From Candidatus Latescibacterota bacterium (lineage in GTDB: Bacteria > Latescibacterota > UBA2968 > UBA8231): a stretch of DNA of 64,000 bases. Below the pieces are notes generated by a model that saw only the letters and a program-made list of their open reading frames with translations, searched no databases and was not told where the DNA came from. Positions within the stretch are counted from its first letter, which is position 1. Every line of letters starts with the position of its first letter. Where the stretch lies: NCBI GenBank assembly GCA_965221775.1, contig CBDCSU010000005.1, forward strand, positions 1,024,001 to 1,088,000, written 5' to 3'. The translations under genes and the position numbers were made by a program. Of this stretch, positions 1 to 8,191 are shown one piece after another.

Positions 1-2432
1 TCGCCCGGGATGGCCTGGAGTCGCCCCGGGATGTCCCGGGCCTCGGTCCCGGGCAGGGGTCTCGACGGATCGGGCGGAACCGCCGTCGGACTCCCCGAAT
101 GGCTCTTTCGGTCAGCAGCGCCAGGCCCGGGAGTAGAGCGATCGCCAGAAACCGTCTGCGGGCGCACCACAACGCTTGTCCGGCCCACAGTAGAGGACCC
201 CCGCCTGGACGGATCTCCCGGGGCCGCCTCTGGCCGCTGGTCCGGAGCCCGCGCATCCAGGCCGGGCCTCGACGGATCTCCCGGGGTCGCCTCTGGCCGC
301 TGGTCCGGACCCCGCGCATCCAGGCCGAGCTCCTCGTGCCGCTCCAGCGCCCGGTCCAGCCGCCGGCGGGCGAGGCCCTCGTCCTCGGCCCGTACCAGGG
401 CGAGAACGTCCACCGAAGTCGTGCGCAGCAGCGCCTTCACGAAAGCCGCCCCGAGAGACCCCGTCGCGCCCGTCACCAGCACGGTCCGCGCCGGAGTCCG
501 GGGTTCGGCGCCAGGGGCTGGAGGAGCGTCGATCTCCAGCTCGGGCGGGGTCCATTTCGACGGCGGTTCCATGCCCTGCTGGTCCCGCAGGCAGCGGGCC
601 AGATCCACAGGAGTCGGGTGCCGGTAGAGGTCGGCGACCGCCACGCGGCGCCCGGTGGCCTGGTGCAGGAGCCCGCAGAGTCGGACCGCCCGGAGGGAGT
701 GGCCGCCGCTGGCCTCGAAGTCGTCCCGCGGGCCGATGGCGGGATCGTCGAGGGCCTGCCGGAAGGCGGCGAGGACCTGCCGCTGCAGAGGATCCGCCTC
801 GGAGCGCGGGTTCGGCGATACGCGAGAGTTCCGTGCCGTCAGGCGCAACCGGCGGCGGTCGACTTTCCCCGAGGGCAGGAGCGGCAGCTCGTCGACCGGG
901 ATGAAGCGGGCCGGCGCGGCCTGTGGCGGCAGCCGGGAAGCGACGTAGGGGCGCAGCTCGCGGTCGAGGTCCGCGGCCTCCGCGCCCTCCGGCCCCGGGA
1001 CGACGTAGGCCTCCAGCTCCGTCTCCCCCCGGTGGCCGGTCTCCGCCGTGACGCAGGCCCGGCGGACCAGCGGGTGTTCCTCCACGACCTGCTCGATGCG
1101 GGCGGGCTCCACCCACGAGCCGCGGATCTTGAGGCCGCTGTCGCAGCGCCCCAGGATCTCCAGCTCGCCGCCGGGGTGGAGCACCCCCAGGTCGCCGGTG
1201 TCGAAGACGCGCGCCGGGCGGAAGCTCCCGTCGGCCGCCGGCAGGTCCACCTCGAGAAAGCCGTCGCCCTCTTCCCCGCCGGAACCGTGACAGGCGCGGG
1301 CCAGGGCGCCGCCGCCCACCAGGATCCGTCCCGGGCTGCCCACGGGCACGAGGCGGGAGGGATCGTCCGGCTCGCAGAGGTGGACCTCGGCGAAGTCCGC
1401 CACCACGCCGCAGGTGATCTCCTTCCCCGGCCGCAACTCGCCCCCGGCGACATCGTGGCACTCCGCCGTCGAGTAGAGATTGCCGATCCGCACCGCCGGC
1501 AGCTCCTTCCAAGCGCGCTCCACGATGGCCGGCGCGGCGATCTCGCCGCACAGGACCAGCAGACGCAGGCGCCGCAGGGCCTCCACCCCTTCCCCGCAGT
1601 CGAGACAGGCTCCCAGCAGACTCGGCGTCATCATGATCCGCGTGATCCCGAAGCGCACGATGGCCGAGGCCAGGGCGAAGAGGTCCCGCATGGTCTCGTC
1701 GCGGACCAGCACTACCGGGACGCCACGGCACAGGGCCGGCACCACGTCCCAGATCCCGAAGATGTTGCAGCCCACCACGTCCCTCGCCGCGTCGAAGGGC
1801 CAGAGCCGGCCGCGCCAGGCGTGGGAGAGCATGGACCCCGCATGATCGGTGGCCACCATCCTGGGGATGCCCGTGCGGGTGCCGGAGGTGAAGGCGAGGT
1901 GCGCCGTGCGCCGCGGGTCGGGATCCGGGAAGACGGCGCCTGCGCTGTCAGGCAGCGGGTCCGCCTCGTCCTCGATCCAGATCCGGGGTACCCCTTCCGC
2001 CAGTGAACAGGGCAGGTCCGCGGCGATGCGCCGCGAGGTGACCAGCGCACCGAGGGGCGCCAGCCCCGGCACCTGCTCCGGGAGCACCCGCCGACCCGGC
2101 TGCAGCGGCACGTAGGGGAGGCCCGCCTTCAGGCAGGCGAAGTAGGTGATCACCCTGCCGGCGTCGTTCTCCAGCAGGACGCCGACACCCGGCTGCCCCG
2201 GGCGACCCTGGCAACGCTTCAGCAGGGCTACGGCAAGGGCGTCGACGGCGGAGCGTAGTTCCGCATAGGTCAAGTACCCGCTCTCGTCGACGAGGATGGC
2301 CCTGTCGGGGGTCCGGCCGGCCTGCCGCTCGAAGGCGGAGTGGATGCAGTCAGCGGCGGCGCTCGCCTCGGTGCGCGACGGGCGGATGTCCTGGTACCAG
2401 GGGAGGGCGGTGCTGGAGAGGGGCGGGGGCAT
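1..2432 (-). CDS. NRPS-like A-T-R protein (adenylation + carrier + thioester reductase), 3' end runs off the window
   Basis: Manual translation from ATG at 2432 (not in the ORF track because there is no stop in the window). Motifs: A1 LTYAEL, A3 AFTSGTRTGIPR, A7 FDTGDLG, A8 GRCDSGLKIRG, A10 SGKVDR, carrier GGHSL, reductase VLVTGATGSLG. Confidence 0.9.
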   Translation of the reverse strand, partial: MPPPLSSTALPWYQDIRPSRTEASAAADCIHSAFERQAGRTPDRAILVDESGYLTYAELRSAVDALAVALLKRCQGRPGQPGVGVLLENDAGRVITYFACLKAGLPYVPLQPGRRVLPEQVPGLAPLGALVTSRRIAADLPCSLAEGVPRIWIEDEADPLPDSAGAVFPDPDPRRTAHLAFTSGTRTGIPRMVATDHAGSMLSHAWRGRLWPFDAARDVVGCNIFGIWDVVPALCRGVPVVLVRDETMRDLFALASAIVRFGITRIMMTPSLLGACLDCGEGVEALRRLRLLVLCGEIAAPAIVERAWKELPAVRIGNLYSTAECHDVAGGELRPGKEITCGVVADFAEVHLCEPDDPSRLVPVGSPGRILVGGGALARACHGSGGEEGDGFLEVDLPAADGSFRPARVFDTGDLGVLHPGGELEILGRCDSGLKIRGSWVEPARIEQVVEEHPLVRRACVTAETGHRGETELEAYVVPGPEGAEAADLDRELRPYVASRLPPQAAPARFIPVDELPLLPSGKVDRRRLRLTARNSRVSPNPRSEADPLQRQVLAAFRQALDDPAIGPRDDFEASGGHSLRAVRLCGLLHQATGRRVAVADLYRHPTPVDLARCLRDQQGMEPPSKWTPPELEIDAPPAPGAEPRTPARTVLVTGATGSLGAAFVKALLRTTSVDVLALVRAEDEGLARRRLDRALERHEELGLDARGPDQRPEATPGDPSRPGLDARAPDQRPEAAPGDPSRRGSSTVGRTSVVVRPQTVSGDRSTPGPGAADRKSHSGSPTAVPPDPSRPLPGTEARDIPGRLQAIPG
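208..333. repeat. Tandem 63-bp in-frame repeat (2 copies) within the reductase domain
   Basis: 208-270 and 271-333 are near-identical and encode GLDARxPDQRPEAxPGDPSR twice. Confidence 0.9.
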
Positions 2433-2478
2433 CGTGGTGGGTGGGAGGTACGTCGGCCGGCCAGTCCCAGAGAGGGAC

Positions 2479-2805
2479 TCAGGCCTGCAAGAGGCGCCGC
2501 TGCAGCAACGTCTGCATGTCACGCCGCCCATCGGCGATCACGAGGACATGGACGTTCTCTTCCATCACCCGGTAGATGATGCGGTAGGGCCTGGAATGGA
2601 CCTCGCGGTATTCCCGGACCCCGACGTCCAGCAGTTCCCTCGGGTGATTGCCGCGCTCGGGATACTCGGAAAGACGGCCGAAAGCCTTCTCGATCTGCTC
2701 CAGCACATGATTCGCCCGACCCGGCGAGTCATGCCGATCGATGTAGTCGCAGATCTCCTCCAGGTCGTGCGCCGCGTCATCGGTCAAGTGGACCAGGAAA
2801 GACAT
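2479..2805 (-). CDS. ParE/RelE family type II toxin
   Basis: MSFLVHLTDDAAHDLEEICDYI...YRIIYRV...DGRRDMQTLL; start overlaps the antitoxin stop (TGATG). Confidence 0.9.
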   Translation of the reverse strand: MSFLVHLTDDAAHDLEEICDYIDRHDSPGRANHVLEQIEKAFGRLSEYPERGNHPRELLDVGVREYREVHSRPYRIIYRVMEENVHVLVIADGRRDMQTLLQRRLLQA

Positions 2806-3080
2806 CACCCGGCCTGTCGCTGCTCCCGGAGTCGAGCGATCACGTCGGCGGCCGGCTGCACCTGACCCGCTTCGATCTGGCGGTTCCCCAGCGCGAGGAT
2901 CTTGAGCAACGCCACGGTCTCCTGCATCCGCTCGTAGCTGTCGATGTCCTGCACCACCACCTTGGCTTCGCCACTCTGGGTGATGATCAGGGGTTCCTGC
3001 TGCTCCCCGAGGGTTCGCACGATCTCGGCAGCGTGCGCCTTGAGGTAACTGATCGGCTTGATCTGACTGGACAGCTTCAT
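2805..3080 (-). CDS. Phd/YefM family antitoxin
   Basis: IKPISYLKAHAAEIVR...PLIITQSGEAKVVVQ; AAGGAGG RBS upstream. Confidence 0.92.
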   Translation of the reverse strand: MKLSSQIKPISYLKAHAAEIVRTLGEQQEPLIITQSGEAKVVVQDIDSYERMQETVALLKILALGNRQIEAGQVQPAADVIARLREQRQAG

Positions 3081-3162
3081 GGGCCACCTCCTTGTCCGGA
3101 CCGAATATGGACCATCAACAGGTCAAGTCAAGGCCCGCCGGTCCCGAGAGCAAAGAAAGCAC

Positions 3163-3217
3163 TTGCCCAAACCCAGGCAGGTCAGTATCGTATCACTGTA
3201 TTATCTCACTAATACAG
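3163..3217 (+). promoter_or_regulatory. Sigma70-like promoter with palindromic GntR/YtrA-type operator
   Basis: TTGCCC(3163)-N17-TATCGT(3186), then perfect inverted repeat CTGTATTA-N6-TAATACAG at 3196-3217 upstream of the GntR gene. Confidence 0.75.
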
Positions 3218-3281
3218 CAATGCCGAAACCGCTACGGATCGTAACCGCGGAAGGACCTGATCATATGGGAGCGTCCCCATC

Positions 3282-3668
3282 CTGCACCTGACCCTGGACC
3301 CCTCCAGCGGGGTCCCCATCTACCTGCAGGTCATCGAGCAGGTCAAGTACCAGATCGCCACCCGGGTGCTCCGGCCGCACGACGAGCTCCCGTCGGTGCG
3401 CGCCCTGGCCGGGCAGTACCTGATCAACCCGAACACGGTGGCGCGGGCCTACCGCGAGCTGGAACACGGCGGGCTCATCTACAAGAAGCGGGGCATGGGC
3501 ACCTACGTGGCCGAGAGGAAGGTGACCATGAGCCGGAAGGAACGGTTCGCGATCGTGCGGCAACTGCTCGACAAGGCCCTGGTGCAGGCCGTCGAGCTGG
3601 GGATGAGCCCCGCGGAGATGCGCCAGGTCTTCCGTGAGCAACTGCACCAGTTCGGTGAAGAGAGATGA
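3282..3668 (+). CDS. GntR family (YtrA subfamily) transcriptional regulator
   Basis: LDPSSGVPIYLQVIEQVK...LPSVRALA...INPNTVARAYRELE. Family-like sequence extends upstream of the GTG at 3366 and the true start is uncertain (CTG 3282 or ATC 3279). Confidence 0.88.
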   Translation: MHLTLDPSSGVPIYLQVIEQVKYQIATRVLRPHDELPSVRALAGQYLINPNTVARAYRELEHGGLIYKKRGMGTYVAERKVTMSRKERFAIVRQLLDKALVQAVELGMSPAEMRQVFREQLHQFGEER

Positions 3669-4555
3669 CTGATGCCGCCATCGCCATGGATGGCCTGACC
3701 CACCGGTTCGGAAAGACCGCCGCCCTGGAGGATCTCGACCTCGAGGTTCCCACCGGAGCGGTCTGCGGCTTCTTGGGGCGCAACGGGGCCGGAAAGACCA
3801 CGGCCATCAGAATCCTGATGAACCAGCTCCGCCCAACGGCCGGACGGACGGAAGTGCTGGGACTGGACCCGGCGCGGGATTCGCTGGCGCTGCGGCGCCA
3901 GGTGGGGTACGTCTCCGAGAGTCCGGTCATGTACGGGTGGATGAAGGTGCGCGAGCTGGCCTGGTTCGCCGGGCAGTTCTACGACACCTGGGATTCGGCA
4001 AAGGTCGCGGGCATGATCGAACGCTTCGGCCTCGATCCGGAGCAGAAGGTCAAGCACCTCTCCCGCGGCATGAACGCCCAGCTCGCCCTCGCCCTGGCCC
4101 TGGGACACGACCCTCGCCTGCTGATCCTCGACGAGCCCGCCTCCGGGCTGGACGTGGTGGTCCGTCGCGACTTCCTGGAGGGCATCATCGGCCTCATCCA
4201 GGAGGAGGGGCGGACCGTCTTCATGTCGTCCCACCTGGTGCACGAAGTGGAACGCGTGGCCGACCGGGTCGCCATCATCGAGCGAGGCCGCCTGGTCGCC
4301 GAGGGGCCGGTGGACGAGGTGAAGGGCTCGGTCAAGCGTGTGTCGGTCCGCCTGCCGGAGGACGCGGGGCCATTGACCGGGATCCCCGGACTGGGGGAGG
4401 TGCGCGGAACGGGGGCGCACCAGCTGTTGACGGTGGTGGGCTACGGCGAGGAACAGGCCGCCCGCATCCAGGCCCAGGGCGGACGCATCGTCGAGGTGGA
4501 GGACCTGGGGCTGGAGGAGGCTTTCCTGGCCTACGCAAGGGCAGGTGGAGGATGA
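3665..4555 (+). CDS. ABC transporter ATP-binding protein (ABC-2/YtrB-like)
   Basis: Walker A GRNGAGKTT, signature LSRGM, Walker B LLILDEP. Confidence 0.95.
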   Translation: MTDAAIAMDGLTHRFGKTAALEDLDLEVPTGAVCGFLGRNGAGKTTAIRILMNQLRPTAGRTEVLGLDPARDSLALRRQVGYVSESPVMYGWMKVRELAWFAGQFYDTWDSAKVAGMIERFGLDPEQKVKHLSRGMNAQLALALALGHDPRLLILDEPASGLDVVVRRDFLEGIIGLIQEEGRTVFMSSHLVHEVERVADRVAIIERGRLVAEGPVDEVKGSVKRVSVRLPEDAGPLTGIPGLGEVRGTGAHQLLTVVGYGEEQAARIQAQGGRIVEVEDLGLEEAFLAYARAGGG

Positions 4556-6603
4556 GGGCCATGAGTCCGATAGGTGCTCTTCTGTGGAAGGAAGGACGGG
4601 CGGCAGCTGGCAGGGTAGCCGCCGTTGCCGGCCTGGCCCTGCTTGTCGGACTGGCCCATACCGACAGCGACTTCTCCCCCCAGGCGGGAGCCCAACTGGT
4701 AGGCGTCCTCGCCGCCCTTCTGATGAGCATGGACCTGGTGGCGGGTGAACGCAGCCGCGGGACCCTGCCCTTCCTGTCGAATCTGCCGGTGAGGACGGCC
4801 TGGGTGCTGGGGGGCAAGTACGCAGTCGGCGCCGCGGGGCTCCTTGTCGTTCTGGCCGCGTACTGGGCCGGGGTCTACCTCGGGATGTCCTACTGGGGGG
4901 ATTGGAGCCGTGGGCATCCCCTGCGACACCCACTCGCAAGGGAAGTCTTCACGGAGGTCGGGTACGGCCGGATTCTGTTGCTCTGGTTCCTGTTCTACCT
5001 GATCCCGTACTCGGGTGCGTTCCTCTCGTCCACATTGAGCAACCGCCCCCTCCAAGCCGCCGGGACCGGCTTGCTGACAGCTTTCGTCGGGGGGTTCCTC
5101 CTCAATCGCGCTAGAGACCTGTCTGATCCAGTGTCCCTTTACTTCGGGCAGATCCTGGAGAATGGCTTCTACGATGGCTTGATCCTGCGGCCGGCCTTCG
5201 ATCCAGCGCTGCTGCTTGCCAGGGCCGCAACGGCACTCCTGCTGGCAGGTTGCGTGGTGGGCTGGTCCTGCCGTGCCTTCCGAGGCCAGGGGAGCCGTCG
5301 CTTCCACTGGATCATGGGTGCCCTGGCCCTGATCTGCCTGATCGTCACGTACGGGTCGCGGTGGGTCCCTCCCGAGCCCGAACCGGCCGAACCTGCGGGC
5401 CGTCTCCCCCATCTTGTGGGCCTGGTTCCCTATCGAGCAGGCATCGTGGAACTGGTGGTGAGAGACAGAATGGCGATGGTGCTGCTGACATCGGGGCTGA
5501 GCATCGTGGACGTGTCGGACTCGCAGGCTCCGAGGGAAGTCGGGCGGGTGGAAATGGAAGGTTGGCGACTGCACAGTCTGGCCGTTTCAGCCTCCGCAGC
5601 GTATGTCTGGGGATGGACTGGGAAACAGGACAGTGCTGGGGTGGCCGTATTCGACCTGAGCCGGCCTGAGCGCCCCCGGCTGCGAGCTCAGCACCTGATC
5701 CATCCCGTCGAGCCGGGCCCCACCCGCTGGCTCAGGCAGACTCCCCGCCTGACGACCTGGACCGTCCGCGAGGGATACCTGTACGCCGGCCTGCTCGCCC
5801 GCGAGTTCCTCGAGCTGCACAGCTTCGACGTACGTGAAGGCGGCCTCCCTCGACCGGTCCAGGTGCTGCGGATCGAAGAGACGGCCAGGCATGTCTGGAA
5901 TGACGACTGGGAGATGCACCTGGAGGGCGAGAACGCCTTCCTGACCCTGGGCCACGACTTCGTGGTCCTCGATCTGACCGACCCCGCGGCCATGGGAGAG
6001 CTGGGCCGGACCTCCCTGCGCCGATTCGGCCGCTCCGCCAGGCAGTATGAAGAGCAGATGGAAGCACTCCACCTCCAGCTGGCTCAACTACAGCGGGCTC
6101 AACTGCCGGTCGAGACTGCCTTTGTGGTGAGAAGCCGTGGAGGGCCAGAGGTACACCTGGAGAACGAGGGTGCCCGCAGCCAGCGCACCCAATGGATTTA
6201 CGTGCCCCAGGCCTTGGGGACCGTCTCCCTGAAAGGAGACAAGGCATACGTCCTTCGCCACTGGCCCCGGGAGCTGGCCGTAATCGACATCGGCGATCCC
6301 CAACGACCGATGGAAGTCGACTACGTCCGGCTTCCACGGTGGATCGCGGAGACATCCTCTGGCCGGGCGTACCAACTGATCCAGGAAGAGACCGTCTCAA
6401 TGTCGATGACCATATCAGGGCGGGATGACGCGGGCCGGGGCTCCGTGCCCCGGACCTGGCTCCAGCTCGGGGGCCAGCGAGGGCAGGGGGAGCCTGTCAC
6501 CCTCAGCTTTCCCAAAGCCGAGGTCTTTCCGGTGGACGACCACCTGTGCACCATCCTGCACAACAACCTTGCCATCTTCGAGATGCCGCCGGCGGAGCCA
6601 TAG
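4552..6603 (+). CDS. ABC-2 type permease fused to a C-terminal LVIVD-repeat domain
   Basis: ATG at 4552 overlaps the ATPase stop. ALLWKE...AGERSRGTLPFL...KY permease pattern with several TM segments, then GLSIVDVSD, VAVFDLSRP, FVVLDLTDP, LAVIDIGDP repeats. Confidence 0.8.
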   Translation: MRAMSPIGALLWKEGRAAAGRVAAVAGLALLVGLAHTDSDFSPQAGAQLVGVLAALLMSMDLVAGERSRGTLPFLSNLPVRTAWVLGGKYAVGAAGLLVVLAAYWAGVYLGMSYWGDWSRGHPLRHPLAREVFTEVGYGRILLLWFLFYLIPYSGAFLSSTLSNRPLQAAGTGLLTAFVGGFLLNRARDLSDPVSLYFGQILENGFYDGLILRPAFDPALLLARAATALLLAGCVVGWSCRAFRGQGSRRFHWIMGALALICLIVTYGSRWVPPEPEPAEPAGRLPHLVGLVPYRAGIVELVVRDRMAMVLLTSGLSIVDVSDSQAPREVGRVEMEGWRLHSLAVSASAAYVWGWTGKQDSAGVAVFDLSRPERPRLRAQHLIHPVEPGPTRWLRQTPRLTTWTVREGYLYAGLLAREFLELHSFDVREGGLPRPVQVLRIEETARHVWNDDWEMHLEGENAFLTLGHDFVVLDLTDPAAMGELGRTSLRRFGRSARQYEEQMEALHLQLAQLQRAQLPVETAFVVRSRGGPEVHLENEGARSQRTQWIYVPQALGTVSLKGDKAYVLRHWPRELAVIDIGDPQRPMEVDYVRLPRWIAETSSGRAYQLIQEETVSMSMTISGRDDAGRGSVPRTWLQLGGQRGQGEPVTLSFPKAEVFPVDDHLCTILHNNLAIFEMPPAEP

Positions 6604-6632
6604 GAGCAGAAGGGCAGCCTCCGCGGGTCTCC

Positions 6633-7382
6633 TCAGGGCGTGGGCAGTACCACGGGCGCAGGACTGGTTAAGACCGACTCCGGCAACTCCTCAAAGACAG
6701 CCACACCCGTGTGCCCGCGCTCGCCGCGGCCGTCGGAGAGCAGGATCGATCCATACCGCTGCCAGTTGGTCCAAGGGCCGGTGAAGCGCGGCTCCGCGTC
6801 GGCCGCCTCCCGGTAGAAGGCCCACTGGGTCACCAGCCGTGACTCCTGGTCGATCCAGACGGCGTACTTGTTCTGCGGGGTGACGCCCACGTCCCTGAAG
6901 GTCAGCTCCACCACCTCGGCCGGGCGACCGTCCTCGATGGCCTCCAGTCCCCGGTAGCGCAGGGTGACTCCCGTGTCCTTGAGCTTGTAGGGCATGACCA
7001 GCCAGTACGAGTCGTTGATCCAGGCGCGGTAGCCCTGATCCAGCTTCGCCGCCAGGGTGTCGGGATCGCTGATCTCCACGCCGGCGGAGAAGGCGCGTCC
7101 CTCCTTGCTGTGGATGTTCATCAGCACCGTCAGGTCGTCGTGCTCGAAGCGGATGTCCCCGGTCCACCTGTCCCACACGTGAAGGCGGAAGCCGAAGAAG
7201 CGCCAGCTGATGTAGCGGGTGGCGTCCCAGTTGGCGCGTCCGCCCATGGCGGCCATGACCTCGTCGGCCAGGGCGATCGCCTTCGGGTCGGAACCGGCGG
7301 CGTCGAAGCCGGGGGCGGGAGGATTGTCGGCGGCGTGGGCGACGCCGATCCAGAGCAAGGAGGCGAGGAGTGAGCGCAACAT
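6633..7382 (-). CDS. Conserved secreted hypothetical protein
   Basis: Signal peptide MLRSLLASLLWIGVAHA; AMGG.ANW...WINDSYWLVMPYKL...GVTPQNKY pattern. Confidence 0.75.
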   Translation of the reverse strand: MLRSLLASLLWIGVAHAADNPPAPGFDAAGSDPKAIALADEVMAAMGGRANWDATRYISWRFFGFRLHVWDRWTGDIRFEHDDLTVLMNIHSKEGRAFSAGVEISDPDTLAAKLDQGYRAWINDSYWLVMPYKLKDTGVTLRYRGLEAIEDGRPAEVVELTFRDVGVTPQNKYAVWIDQESRLVTQWAFYREAADAEPRFTGPWTNWQRYGSILLSDGRGERGHTGVAVFEELPESVLTSPAPVVLPTP

Positions 7383-7432
7383 GAAGACTCCTTCGGCTGT
7401 GGTGATCTGGGTACGTGTCCGGTCGCGCAGAG

Positions 7433-8191
7433 TCAGTCGCGCGTGGCGCTCTGCGCGGGCGATAACAGTCCTTCCACCAGGGCGGGAACCCGCGGCCTGG
7501 TGCCTTGCGCCTGAAGATGCTCCGCCCATGCCTCGAGGTAGCTCTCGAACGTCTCATTTGCGGTCACATCCCAGCCGTTCAGCCAGCCACAGTCGCGCCA
7601 AAGCGAAGTGTCCTCGAGAAACCGACCCAGCAGGGCGACGGCCAGGGTTCCGTTGAGCTCGCGGATGAATGGGTCCTCTTCCAGTCTGCCCAGATTGCCT
7701 GCCAGCCAGGATCGGAGATCGCCCTCCCCGGGTTGTTCATACCCCTGCGCGATCTCCTCGGCGTACGTCTTGAAGTTCGGTGCGAACCCCTCTGCCTGGA
7801 AAACGCGAGGGGGCGGACGTTCCCTCCAGCGATCCGCAAGCCGATGCAGCACGAACAGCGACGCCAGCTCGCACAAGCTCTCTTCGAACCAGTTGTGCTT
7901 GTGTTCCCTGTGGCGGTCGAAATTGGTCATGACATGGCACAGCTCGTGCGAGAACTGGTACACGTACTGGCACCAGTATGTGTCCCGGGCGCTGATTCTC
8001 ATCTGGTAAGGTCTGCAGCCGTAGAAAACTCGAGGCGCCTCGTTCCACCAGGTGACCTGAATTGGGGCATCCGGAGGCCTGCCGAAGGCCTGGACGAGCA
8101 CCTCGTACGCGGACTCCAGGACCGCCTGAACGGCAGAGAGGCTCGCACCTCCCCAGTTGCCGTTCTCTATCGGCAGTCGTTCCTGTTCCAT
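7433..8191 (-). CDS. Hypothetical protein with HEXXH zinc-metallopeptidase motif
   Basis: YQFSHELCH...WFEESLCELAS; ATG at 8191 overlaps the stop of the upstream ATPase. Confidence 0.75.
   Translation of the reverse strand: MEQERLPIENGNWGGASLSAVQAVLESAYEVLVQAFGRPPDAPIQVTWWNEAPRVFYGCRPYQMRISARDTYWCQYVYQFSHELCHVMTNFDRHREHKHNWFEESLCELASLFVLHRLADRWRERPPPRVFQAEGFAPNFKTYAEEIAQGYEQPGEGDLRSWLAGNLGRLEEDPFIRELNGTLAVALLGRFLEDTSLWRDCGWLNGWDVTANETFESYLEAWAEHLQAQGTRPRVPALVEGLLSPAQSATRD

Noticed and set aside
99-2006. 635-aa plus-strand ORF and 539-aa minus-strand ORF in the track
   Set aside because: Shadow frames of the real NRPS-like gene; Arg/Gly/Pro-rich with no motifs.
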